A stretch of DNA of 62,912 bases, the filler included, from Octopus bimaculoides (taxonomy: Eukaryota), in NCBI RefSeq assembly GCF_001194135.2. It is 5 parts of 5 records of this genome, joined end to end, with 100 filler letters (N's around TTAATTAATTAA, not from the genome) between each part and the next. Parts side by side here need not be neighbours in the genome. Positions count along the whole stretch, not along the records: positions 31,714 to 52,688 come from NC_068983.1; positions 52,789 to 58,954 come from NC_069001.1; positions 59,055 to 61,703 come from NC_069005.1; 2 more parts are not named here. One strand, written 5' to 3'. This document shows, piece after piece, positions 50,735-61,803 of the stretch. Made by a program: the position numbers and the translations under genes. The notes under the pieces were generated by a model. It did no database searches, was not told where the DNA came from, and was given only the letters and a program-made list of their open reading frames with translations. The first letter of the stretch is position 1. Each line of letters opens with the position of its first letter.

Positions 50735-51012
50735 TATAGTAATAAGAAAATGGAAGGGAATAGGTGGTTTTCTTCAACTTGCAGACATTGTATTGTGTCA
50801 ATTTACTTGTTCATTTGTTTACTAAAAGGACAATAATAACAATATACAAACACATGTGACATATTATGTCATATCAGTAATTAAAAAAGGACATATAGTG
50901 GCATGTGTTTGTATTGTCCTTTTAGTAAACAAATAAACAAGTAAATTGATACAATACAATGTCTGCAAGTTGATGAATACCACCTATTCCCCTCCATTTT
51001 CTTATTGCTATA
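50735..51012. repeat. Long fold-back hairpin (about 100-bp arms)
   Basis: 50735-50835 is complementary to about 50912-51012 with about 6 mismatches; inner 12-bp pair TACAAACACATG/CATGTGTTTGTA; abuts (TA)n. Confidence 0.9.
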
Positions 51013-51025
51013 ATTACATATATAC

Positions 51026-51065
<40 letters not shown>

Positions 51066-51469
51066 GTGTATATATATATATAATTGTATATATATATATA
51101 TATATATATNNNNNNNNNNNNNNNNNNNNNNNNNNNNNNNNNNNNNNNNNNNNNNNNNNNNNNNNNNNNNNNNNNNNNNNNNNNNNNNNNNNNNNNNNNN
51201 NNNNNNNNNNNNNNNNNNNNNNNNNNNNNNNNNNNNNNNNNNNNNNNNNNNNNNNNNNNNNNNNNNNNNNNNNNNNNNNNNNNNNNNNNNNNNNNNNNNN
51301 NNNNNNNNNNNNNNNNNNNNNNNNNNNNNNNNNNNNNNNNNNNNNNNNNNNNNNNNNNNNNNNNNNNNNNNNNNNNNNNNNNNNNNNNNNNNNNNNNNNN
51401 NNNNNNNNNNNNNNNNNNNNNNNNNNNNNNNNGTAAATGCAAAAATAAAAACAAAACACAAAGGATTCT

Positions 51470-51512
51470 GCGGTACACGTGTTTCAAGCTTTATAGTTGT
51501 TACATCAGTGCA
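51470..51512 (-). ncRNA. Decayed hammerhead-like motif downstream of PLE RT
   Basis: Minus strand reads CUGAUGU-...GCUU-GAAA-CACGU-GUA; palindromic ACACGUGU stem III; stems I and II mismatched. Confidence 0.4.
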
Positions 51513-51689
51513 TAATTGACAGTATAAACCTATCTTCAGCCGCAAATGTATTCTCTCCCAAGAATTATATCACATAGACGTTAAAGGAGGAAGAAAGATG
51601 AGATATAAGAGGTGAGGTGAGGTTTGGTATTTTGCATTGTAATATACCTCGTAGAATTCTTAATTTGATATATTTATACATAATTTCCT

Positions 51690-52590
51690 CGGTACTCCGG
51701 AATCCGTCCATACCTTGCCACAATTCACACTGAATATTAATGTCATCTACATAACTACAGTAAAGTAAAAGAGTTGTGGACTGTTCTGCTAAGGATTGTT
51801 TTCAAGCTTTCTATCCCATTAGGTCATGAAGAGGCCGGCCACATCTTCAGCTACACTGACACGAATGGCTTCACCTTGAACCAGCATGTATAGTTAAACA
51901 TTACTATGAGGTTCTTCATTCAAGATGGTTCTTATGCTAAATCCAATTGCATGTGCAATCTTTTTTTTTTTTCACCTGGCTGTTGTTCTCAGGGTCTTGG
52001 ATGGCTATGGTCCAGCCACTTCAGCGCTCTGCGGTGCTTTTCTTCACTGCCAAGGTGATGGTGGTCTTCCCCTCTGTGACGTGGTGGGGAAGAATCTACT
52101 GAAGTCATAGTTGTCTGGATAGTTACTATCATAGCTTAGTTTAAGGAGGAGGCTCAGTTCCCTCGTGTTGACTTCACGGAACTCTACTTCACTCTCACAG
52201 ATAATTTCAATGCATTTTCCACAGCTAAATCTATGTCTATAGATGGGTAGAGTGAAATTACATCCATACTACTCACTACACAACCTGCGAGGTCATTAGA
52301 GTGGTTGCAATCACTGATTTTACTGAGAAAACCCTCCATACTCACACAGACATCTGGGGAGCTTTCAATGAGTGGTCGTAATACATATGAGAGGAAGTAG
52401 GATAGTCTGTAATTGCTGCAGATATTCCCTCTGCAAACTAGTCGGGTTGGGGGCCCCATAACGGGGTTTACGTGGGGTTTATAGTCTTTACGTAAGCCGT
52501 ATAGCGTAAGAACATCGTTGTGGAATGCTTGGAAATTATGTGCAGTCGGTTTCTTGGGTTGGAGTATGTTGCACCACATTCCCATGTGCG
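51690..52590 (-). pseudogene. Penelope-like reverse transcriptase remnant
   Basis: LYGLRKDYKP..GPPTRLVC..NYRLSYFLSYVLRPLI..SMDVISLYPSID, and downstream YVDD (51753-51742). Confidence 0.85.
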
Positions 52591-52618
52591 TAGTGAGGAG
52601 TGTGCATATATATATATG

Positions 52619-52688
<70 letters not shown>

Positions 52689-52864
52689 NNNNNNNNNNNN
52701 NNNNNNNNNNNNNNNNNNNNNNNNNNNNNNNNTTAATTAATTAANNNNNNNNNNNNNNNNNNNNNNNNNNNNNNNNNNNNNNNNNNNNACCATCACCACC
52801 GCCACCAATACTATTGTGTTTCCCATCCACCACACTACACCCCACTTTGGCACCACCACTACAC

Positions 52865-52882
52865 TGATAGTAGTAGTAGTCA

Positions 52883-52913
<31 letters not shown>

Positions 52914-53050
52914 GGTGGTGGTGGTAGTTGTGGTGGTGGTGGTAGTAGTAGTAGTAGAAGTAGTAGTAGTAGTGGTGGTAGCAGTAGTAGAAGTAGTAGT
53001 GGTGGTGGTGGTGGTAGTGGTAGTAGTTTTAGTAGTGGTAGTAGTAGTAG
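52865..53050. repeat. (GTA)/(GTG)n microsatellite
   Basis: Read directly from the sequence. Confidence 0.9.
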
Positions 53051-53144
53051 TAAGGTTGGTGCTAGGAAATGTGAAGGGGCCCAATTAGAGAATTATCAGT
53101 GGGACCCATTACTCTGCTAAAGCTGAAGATTTGATGTAGTAGTG

Positions 53145-53186
<42 letters not shown>

Positions 53187-53224
53187 AGGTTGGTGCTAGG
53201 AAATGTGAAGGGGCCCAATTAGAG

Positions 53225-53960
53225 TTCTGAGTTCAAATTCCGCCGAGGTCGACTTTGCCTTTCATCCTTTCGGGGTCGATAAATTAAGTACCAGTTACGT
53301 ACTAGGGTCGATATAATCGACTTAATCCCTTTGTCTGTCCTTGTTTAGTCCCCAGTGGGCAATAAAGAGATGAATATCTAATTCATTAAGACAGTGAGTT
53401 GGCAGAAACGTTAGCACGCCGGGCGAAATGCTTAGCGGTATTTCGTCTGCCGTTACGTTCTGAGTTCAAATTCCGCCGAGGACGACTTTGCCTTTCATCC
53501 TTTCGGAGTCGATAAATTAAGTACCAGTTGTGTACTGGGGTCGATGTAATCGACTTAATCCCTTTGTCTATCCTTGTTTGTCCTTTCTATGTTTAGCCCT
53601 TGTGGGCAATAAAGAAATAAGAATCGCTAGCTGACCAGGCAAAATGCTTACCAACATTTCGTCCATCTTCACGTTCTGAGTTCAAATTCCGCCGAGGTCC
53701 ACTTTGCTTTCTGGTTCGATAAAATAAGTACCAGTTGAGCACTGGAATCGATGCTATCGACTCACGCCTACTCCGAAATTGCTGGCCTTGTGTCAAAATT
53801 TGAAACCAATAAATCCTACTTCTAATGACGATTTAATATTTTGCGGAATTCCCTTTGCCTTTCATCTTTCCGGGGGTCGATAAAATAAGTACCAACTGAA
53901 CACTGGGGTTGATATAATCGACTTGCCCCTCCCCAGAAATCGTGCCAAAATTTGAAAACA
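53225..53960 (+). mobile_element. Head-to-tail array of four CORE-type SINE units
   Basis: The core TTTCATCCTTTCGG.GTCGATAAA.TAAGTACCAG recurs at about 53260, 53495, 53715 and 53865; units about 53225-53370, 53392-53620, 53621-53810, 53845-53960. Confidence 0.9.
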
Positions 53961-53969
53961 ATATTTTCT

Positions 53970-54335
53970 TGAATTCTCTCTCTCCCTCTCTCTCTGACTC
54001 CTTCCCTCTCTCTCTCTAGGACTCTCTACGACTCTCCCTCCCTCTCTATGACTCTCACCATCTCTCTCTCTATGACTCCCTCCCTCTCTCTCTATGACTC
54101 TCACCCTCTCTCTCTCTATGACTCTCCCTCCCTCTCTCTCTCTATGACTTTATGACTAAATCACTCCTCTCTCTCTGACTCTTTATGACTAAATCACTCC
54201 CTCTCTCTATGACTATGATTAAATCACTCCCTCTCTCTCTATGACTCTCTCCCTCTCTCTCTATGACTCTCTCCCTCTCTCTCTATGACTCTCTCCTCTC
54301 TCTATGATTCTCTCTCTGTGACTCTCTCCCTCTCT
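53970..54335. repeat. Degenerate (CT)n-ATGA minisatellite
   Basis: CTCTCTATGACTCTC unit repeated more than 10 times, with TTTATGACTAAATCACTC variants. Confidence 0.85.
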
Positions 54336-55382
54336 GTCATACACACATATACACACACACACACACACTCTCTCTCTCTCTCTCGTGCGCGCGCCCTTTC
54401 TTTCTCAAGCTTTTACACCGATTCTTTCGCAGTTACGTTCCTTCATCTTCCTCTTCCCTCCCCCCTTCATTCTCTCAATAGTAATACAAACAAACAATGA
54501 TGTTGGGTCGGGTGGACAAACGAAGATGTATTATCGATTACTTTATACTTCTCCTTCTCTCCTTGCTTTTCTCACTTAGTTTTGTCGAAAGACCAAACTT
54601 CCGGTTTCTTGAAGTCATTAATCCTTAAATCCACCAGAAATAAATCGACATTGTGGATTGTTCGTTTACCTTTTTGTAAATGTGGTGCGCCTGTGTACGT
54701 GCAAGAATGTGTGCGTGTGTGTGTGTGCGATTGTATTTGTGTGCGCGCGCAAAACCGTCCATCTGTGTGTGTTTATCGACGTCTGAGTTTGTGTATGTAT
54801 GTATATATGTATGTATGTAAGTATGTATATGTGTGTGTATTTATGTATGTATGTATGTATGTATATGTGTGTGTGTATATATATGTTTATATGTGTGTGC
54901 ATATGTGTTTGTATTTATGTATGCGTGTGTGTTTGTGCGTCTGTGTAACTCTAAGCATGAAGAGGCGGACGAAGGGGAGGACAACGACGACGTGGAGGAG
55001 TAAGTGAGGCTACCCCTGACCTTGGCAGAACCCCTCACCACCAATTCCCCCCACCCACTAGACAAGTGTGATCGNNNNNNNNNNNNNNNNNNNNNNNNNN
55101 NNNNNNNNNNNNNNNNNNNNNNNNNNNNNNNNNNNNNNNNNNNNNNNNNNNNNNNNNNNNNNNNNNNNNNNNNNNNNNNNNNNNNNNNNNNNNNNNNNNN
55201 NNNNNNNNNNNNNNNNNNNNNNNNNNNNNNNNNNNNNNNNNNNNNNNNNNNNNNNNNNNNNNNNNNNNNNNNNNNNNNNNNNNNNNNNNNNNNNNNNNNN
55301 NNNNNNNNNNNNNNNNNNNNNNNNNNNNNNNNNNNNNNNNNNNNNNNNNNNNNNNNNNNNNNNNNNNNNNNNNNNNNNNNNN

Positions 55383-55635
55383 TTGTGTTCTTGAGCAAGA
55401 CACTTTATTTCACGTTGCTCCAGTTCACTCAGCTGTAGAAATGAGTTGCGACGTCACTGGTGCCAAGCTGCATCAGCCTTTGCCTTTCCCTTGGATAACA
55501 CTGTTGGCGTGGAGAGGGGAGGCCGGTATGCATGAGTGACTGCTGGTCTTCCATAAACAACCTTGCCCGGACTTGTGCCTCGGAGAGTAACTTTCTAGGT
55601 GCAATCTCATGGTCAGTCATGACCGAAGGGGGTCT
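55383..55635 (+). mobile_element. tRNA-SINE body (head lost in gap)
   Basis: TTGAGCAAGACACTTTATTTCACGTTGCTCCAGTTCACTCAGCTGTAGAAATGAGTTGCGACGTCACTGGTGCCAAGCTG; same family as 58488-58655. Confidence 0.75.
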
Positions 55636-55779
55636 CAGCAAGTTGCTGTTGTTGTTGCTGCTGCTGTCGTTGCTATTAAGGTTTAGCGCAAGGTCAGCTC
55701 TCATCGAGATCTATGATCACGGGTGTTCCAAACATGACTCTCCTGCTCCGAATGCTTGCAATAAAGTGGTCTCTGTCGG

Positions 55780-56070
55780 TTATGACGACGACGGCGAGGG
55801 TTCCACTAGATCCGATCACCGAAACATCCTGCTCCCCAAACTAACGTACAAGTGGCTGAGCACTCCGCAGAAACACATACCCTTCATGTGGTTCCCATGG
55901 AGATTCAGCGTGACACAGAGTGTGACAAGGCTGGTCCTCTGAAATACAAGTACGACTCATTTTTGACAGCTGAGTGGACTGGAGCGACGCGAAATGAAGT
56001 GTCTTGCTCAAGGATACGATGCACTGTCGGGTATTGAACTCACGACCTTACGATCGTAAGCCGAACACAT
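55780..56070 (-). mobile_element. tRNA-derived SINE, tail-to-tail with the preceding copy
   Basis: B-box GAGTTCAATACCC on the minus strand; conserved central CCAGTCCACTCAGCTG; tail GTGTCACGCTGAATCTCC. Confidence 0.75.
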
Positions 56071-56760
56071 ATATATATATATANNNNNNNNNNNNNNNNN
56101 NNNNNNNNNNNNNNNNNNNNNNNNNNNNNNNNNNNNNNNNNNNNNNNNNNNNNNNNNNNNNNNNNNNNNNNNNNNNNNNNNNNNNNNNNNNNNNNNNNNN
56201 NNNNNNNNNNNNNNNNNNNNNNNNNNNNNNNNNNNNNNNNNNNNNNNNNNNNNNNNNNNNNNNNNNNNNNNNNNNNNNNNNNNNNNNNNNNNNNNNNNNN
56301 NNNNNNNNNNNNNNNNNNNNNNNNNNNNNNNNNNNNNNNNNNNNNNNNNNNNNNNNNNNNNNNNNNNNNNNNNNNNNNNNNNNNNNNNNNNNNNNNNNNN
56401 NNNNNNNNNNNNNNNNNNNNNNNNNNNNNNNNNNNNNNNNNNNNNNNNNNNNNNNNNNNNNNNNNNNNNNNNNNNNNNNNNNNNNNNNNNNNNNNNNNNN
56501 NNNNNNNNNNNNNNNNNNNNNNNNNNNNNNNNNNNNNNNNNNNNNNNNNNNNNNNNNNNNNNNNNNNNNNNNNNNNNNNNNNNNNNNNNNNNNNNNNNNN
56601 NNNNNNNNNNNNNNNNNNNNNNNNNNNNNNNNNNNNNNNNNNNNNNNNNNNNNNNNNNNNNNNNNNNNNNNNNNNNNNNNNNNNNNNNNNNNNNNNNNNN
56701 NNNNNNNNNNNNNNNNNNNNNNNNNNNNNNNNNNNNNNNNNNNNNNNNNNNNNNNNNNNN

Positions 56761-56960
56761 ATGATGATCGTGGTGGTGGTAGTGGTGGTGGTGTGGTTGA
56801 TGGTGGTGGTCGTCGTCGTCATGAGGTTAATGATGATGATGATGATGGTGGTGATGGCGATGGTGGTGGTAGTGGTGGTGGTGGTGCTGCTGCTGCTGGT
56901 GGTGGTGGTGCTGGTAGTGCTGGTGCTGGTGAGGTCGAGGATGATGAAGATGACGATGGT
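56761..56960. repeat. (GGT)/(GAT)/(GCT)n compound microsatellite
   Basis: Read directly from the sequence. Confidence 0.9.
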
Positions 56961-57239
56961 GGGGGTTTGTGGCGGTGATGCTGACGACCTTTCCGGACCC
57001 GCCCAGGATAAGAAATTCCTTAGAAGATCGTTTGTGTAGAAGTTGTGTTTCTGGTTCTTTGGAACAGCTAAATACCAGAGCAACGGGCCTCAATGAGCAA
57101 ACGTCGTCTTTTGGCGCGGTACTTAATTGTGTACCACGTGGTTAACTTTTCACAGATTTCAGCAGATTACAATTGACGTAATTATAGATCATCATTAACA
57201 GGTCCGCATTGCAGCAGGCTGGCTAACTGGCCGGCAGGT

Positions 57240-57276
<37 letters not shown>

Positions 57277-57509
57277 GTACTCGCACACACACATATACAA
57301 AGTGTGACACGCATATACACTCACTCAGCAACACAATGCCCTCGGTTCCTCATTGTCTCGCTTTGATAACGTGTGATGTTAGCAAGTGGGGGTGTAGAGG
57401 CAACAGGCGCGTACACCAATCTGCATATATGTGTGTAAATGCGTTTGCATGTAATATATGTGTGTGTGTGTGTGTATTATATATACATACAGACATACAT
57501 ACACACACA

Positions 57510-57567
<58 letters not shown>

Positions 57568-58039
57568 NNNNNNNNNNNNNNNNNNNNNNNNNNNNNNNNN
57601 NNNNNNNNNNNNNNNNNNNNNNNNNNNNNNNNNNNNNNNNNNNNNNNNNNNNNNNNNNNNNNNNNNNNNNNNNNNNNNNNNNNNNNNNNNNNNNNNNNNN
57701 NNNNNNNNNNNNNNNNNNNNNNNNNNNNNNNNNNNNNNNNNNNNNNNNNNNNNNNNNNNNNNNNNNNNNNNNNNNNNNNNNNNNNNNNNNNNNNNNNNNT
57801 ATCTACTATTATTACAGTATTTTTAATTATTCCTTTTTGAAATTTTCGCGGCTCTTCCTAGGTCACACGCTTCTGTGACATGACCCACACTACACGCAAA
57901 AACATACAGTTATGTAAATAAATAGATGAGCAAAAACAGGCAAACAGTTACACCCATACACAGTCATATATAGATTTCTTATTTACAAATGCTCAACTCT
58001 GCTCACAGGGAAAACAATGAGCACGTTTTAAATAAATTC

Positions 58040-58300
58040 AAAGGAATTATAATGCTGGGTTCGGCTGCTCTACATTGATAAGGGGCAAACACCCTGAAAC
58101 TAGTCTGTGGATGTTGAACCAGCAAGGGGAAGCGGCTGACCTCCCCTTTTCGAAGGTTACAAAGGACACAGGTTCGTGTGTCACATATCTAGCTAGAGGC
58201 GATGGCCTCTTGGAGCAAAGCAACGGCAGTCCTATTTTTTGGGACTGCCATGTTAGCTTGGCGATAACTATTAATATAAAGATATTAATATCAAGATAAT
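58040..58300 (+). mobile_element. Hammerhead-bearing short repeat (putative PLE pLTR/retrozyme-like unit)
   Basis: Contains the HHR at 58070-58110; 58163-58230 is homologous to 61810-61880 (+) and 58830-58900 (-). Confidence 0.55.
58070..58110 (+). ncRNA. Minimal type-I hammerhead ribozyme (U3:A8 covariant core)
   Basis: CUACA-UUGAUAA-GGGG CAAACA CCCU-GAAA-CUA-GUC-UGUGG: 5-bp stem I, 4-bp stem II, palindromic ACUAGU stem III; predicted cleavage after C58105. Confidence 0.7.
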
Positions 58301-58315
58301 CTATATATAATGTGT

Positions 58316-58487
58316 GGAGGCGCAATGGCCCAGTGGTTAGGGCAGCGGACTCGCGGTCATAGGATCGCGGTTTCGATTCCCAGACCGGGCGTTGTGAGTG
58401 TTTATTGAGCGAAAACACCTAAAGCTCCACGAGACTCCGGCAGGGGATGGTGGCGAACCCTGCTGTACTCTTCCATCATAACTTTCT
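58316..58487 (+). mobile_element. tRNA-derived SINE with well-preserved Pol III boxes
   Basis: A-box TGGCCCAGTGG (58326-36), B-box GGTTTCGATTCC (58369-80); acceptor and T stems do not pair, so this is not a tRNA gene. Confidence 0.8.
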
Positions 58488-58655
58488 GATACAGCTTGGC
58501 ACTAGTGACGTCGCAAATCATTTCTACAGCTGAATGAATTGGAGCAACGTGAAATAAAGTGTCTTACTCAAGAACACAGCACACATCCCGGTCCGGGAAT
58601 CGAACTCACTACCTCATGATTGTGAGCTGGCTGCTCTAACTACTGAGCCATATGC
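58488..58655 (-). mobile_element. tRNA-derived SINE
   Basis: Head reverse complement TGGCTCAGTAGTTAGAGC..GAGTTCGATTCCCGGACCGG; body identical in type to 55383-55470. Confidence 0.85.
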
Positions 58656-58749
58656 ACACACACACACACATACATACATGCATACATACATATATACATA
58701 TCAACTCGTGTGTCATTTTTCATCCATTCTTGTCCCATTTTTTGTATTC

Positions 58750-58781
<32 letters not shown>

Positions 58782-58786
<5 letters not shown>

Positions 58787-58953
58787 GAAGTATATTTGCC
58801 ATTTAAATGTGGCTGACCCCTAAGGGTGGATGTTACTGTTGCTTTTAGCCCCAGGAGAACATCTCCTCCAGCTGGCTTATCGACACATATCTGTGTCCTG
58901 TCTATTTTTGCCAAGGGAAGTTATCCTTCCCATCTTGATCTGCGATACGTACG
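58782..58953 (-). mobile_element. Putative pLTR-family repeat, copy 2
   Basis: Reverse complement of 61804-61928 over about 120 bp at high identity; adjoins (TA)n. Confidence 0.75.
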
Positions 58954-59167
58954 GNNNNNNNNNNNNNNNNNNNNNNNNNNNNNNNNNNNNNNNNNNNNTT
59001 AATTAATTAANNNNNNNNNNNNNNNNNNNNNNNNNNNNNNNNNNNNNNNNNNNNATATATATATATATATATATATATATACGAACTGAACCATTAGAAT
59101 TCGTGTCATATATTGATGCCCACGCACGGAAATAACTGCAATGCTGCGCAGATGCTGCTGCTGGCAT

Positions 59168-59237
<70 letters not shown>

Positions 59238-59879
59238 GCTACTACTACTGCTACTAGAGAAATAACAACAAAAATAACAAAGACACTCGACTATCACTTT
59301 TCGAGAATCCAAACTGAACAGTTCCCGAAATGTGACAATGGTAAACTGGCTTTAAATGTATATCTTTATTTGAGAAATACTTACTTGACGTGACAAAATG
59401 CAGAAGAGCTGATACGGGACTTGTTTAAGATGAAGTAGTTTGCATAATTCCCTTAGCCTATCGACTTTTTGTTTCATTTCGTTGAGAATACTCTTGCATA
59501 CGAAATTTTTATGCAGTTTCTTTTTCCGGGAAAAAAAAAAAATATTCGTTTTAAAATAATCACGTATATACAAATGTATACTAAAAGAAAGGCAAAGCAA
59601 ACAAGCTATAGATATTCTGTCAATATCCATCATTGAACCACTAAGTTATCGGAACATAAACAAGCAGAGACTAGTTGTTCAGTGGTGGCGAAGGATAAGC
59701 ATATCAAGAAAGACACACACACGTACAAACAGACTCAAACATATACACACACATACACATACATATATATGTATACATACATATCTTCACCTAACTACAA
59801 AGTCAAGCACTTTGACATCATCTATACACTGATTGTATGTCCAATTTTGATGTATGTCCAGTTTTTCGGTGCGGTGAGG

Positions 59880-60130
59880 GTAGGTCGGGAATTTGATTAC
59901 ATCAACTTCAGTGCTCAACTGGTACTTATTTTATTGGCCTCCAAAAGAATGAACGGCAAATAGACATTGGTGGAATTCGATCTCCAGTGCTCAAACGGTA
60001 CTTATTTTATTGGCCCCCAAAATAATGAACGGCAAATAGACATTGGTAGAATTCGATCTCACAATCTAAAGCCCAAAGAAATGGCGTTACATATTGCGTC
60101 AGCTTGCTAAACTTTCTGATAGCTCAGCGC
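59880..60130 (-). mobile_element. Old CORE-type SINE with 76-bp tandem duplication of the core
   Basis: Units 59909-59984 and 59985-60060, both CAGTGCTCAA..GGTACTTATTTTATTGGCC..AATGAACGGCAAATAGACATTGGT.GAATTCGATCTC. Confidence 0.75.
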
Positions 60131-60872
60131 CCTCTGTGTACCCTAATAGCTTCAGGAAACCTGCGAAAGGAGAAATAACCGGATGTCTCCCCGAAAAGCC
60201 TCCAAACGAAATAGCTCGACGGTAAACCAACACTGGTTGGCTGATATTAATGCATCCTTGAATCTCACAACATAACCAGCAACTAAATTGAAAGAAACAC
60301 GCACGAAATGCCATCTATGAAGAGGTTGCATGGATAACAATAATGGGATTAGATTGGAAGTATGTGTGAGCAGGGAGGATTAAATGACTGGAGCATGAGT
60401 ATATAAAGAGGAACTGTATATTGGATTAGAGTAAGGGTGATTTATGAAAATAAAACGTCAAATGATGAACGCGGAAGGATGAGCTGTAAATCGAAAGCAA
60501 CAAGATTAGAACTCAGAGGGGACAAAGAAAGAAAAGACCAATATATAATGCAATTTTTGTTTATTACATACAAAAGAAGAAGGACGAAGAAAAGTTATAT
60601 GAGAAGAAAGAAATTCCAAACAAAAACAAAACGAAACATACATAATTTTAATACATTCAAGCACACGTATGTGTGTGTGTGCGCGTGTGTGCACTCAGCC
60701 ACATTTCTGTGTGTATGTATATATATATAAATTGTGGTATAGACATACATATATATCTAATTATACCAATAAAATATATCTATGTATATGTATATATCAA
60801 TGCACGTATATGTACGTGTATCTAGGTACCTATATATCTACATATCAATGTATATATGTAAATACATGAGTG

Positions 60873-60907
<35 letters not shown>

Positions 60908-61664
60908 GTACAATGATACAATCGAACACNNNNNNNNNNNNNNNNNNNNNNNNNNNNNNNNNNNNNNNNNNNNNNNNNNNNNNNNNNNNNNNNNNNNNNN
61001 NNNNNNNNNNNNNNNNNNNNNNNNNNNNNNNNNNNNNNNNNNNNNNNNNNNNNNNNNNNNNNNNNNNNNNNNNNNNNNNNNNNNNNNNNNNNNNNNNNNN
61101 NNNNNNNNNNNNNNNNNNNNNNNNNNNNNNNNNNNNNNNNNNNNNNNNNNNNNNNNNNNNNNNNNNNNNNNNNNNNNNNNNNNNNNNNNNNNNNNNNNNN
61201 NNNNNNNNNNNNNNNNNNNNNNNNNNNNNNNNNNNNNNNNNNNNNNNNNNNNNNNNNATATATATATATATATATATATATAAATATATAAATATATATA
61301 TATATATATATATGTACAATGATACAATCGAACACACTAATTCACACACACATGCACACACACATACGTACACACATACACTTAAACACAAGGACACATT
61401 AAACCCCTCCGCTTAACATACCCATATTAGCTCGTATTTCAACAGTTCTGTGTATACGTTCAGTAATACAATAAAGAGAGATTGACAGCTGTAAAGAAAA
61501 AAAATTTCTACATAATTACATATATGTATGTATGTGTGTATATATATATATATGTTTATATTTTAGAATCCACAATACTCCGAGCGATCAGAGTTTCTAG
61601 CAGCTATGAATAAAAAGTAATTATGTGAATACACAAATGTGTTTTCACATAGCAAAATATATGC

Positions 61665-61703
<39 letters not shown>

Positions 61704-61803
61704 NNNNNNNNNNNNNNNNNNNNNNNNNNNNNNNNNNNNNNNNNNNNTTAATTAATTAANNNNNNNNNNNNNNNNNNNNNNNNNNNNNNNNNNNNNNNNN
61801 NNN

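Noticed and set aside
58316-58395. Functional tRNA gene
   Set aside because: A and B boxes are present but the acceptor and T stems do not pair, and the sequence continues into a SINE body.
60870-61335. Direct repeat TGTACAATGATACAATCGAACAC plus TA on both sides of a gap
   Set aside because: Identical and gap-flanking; most likely an assembly redundancy.
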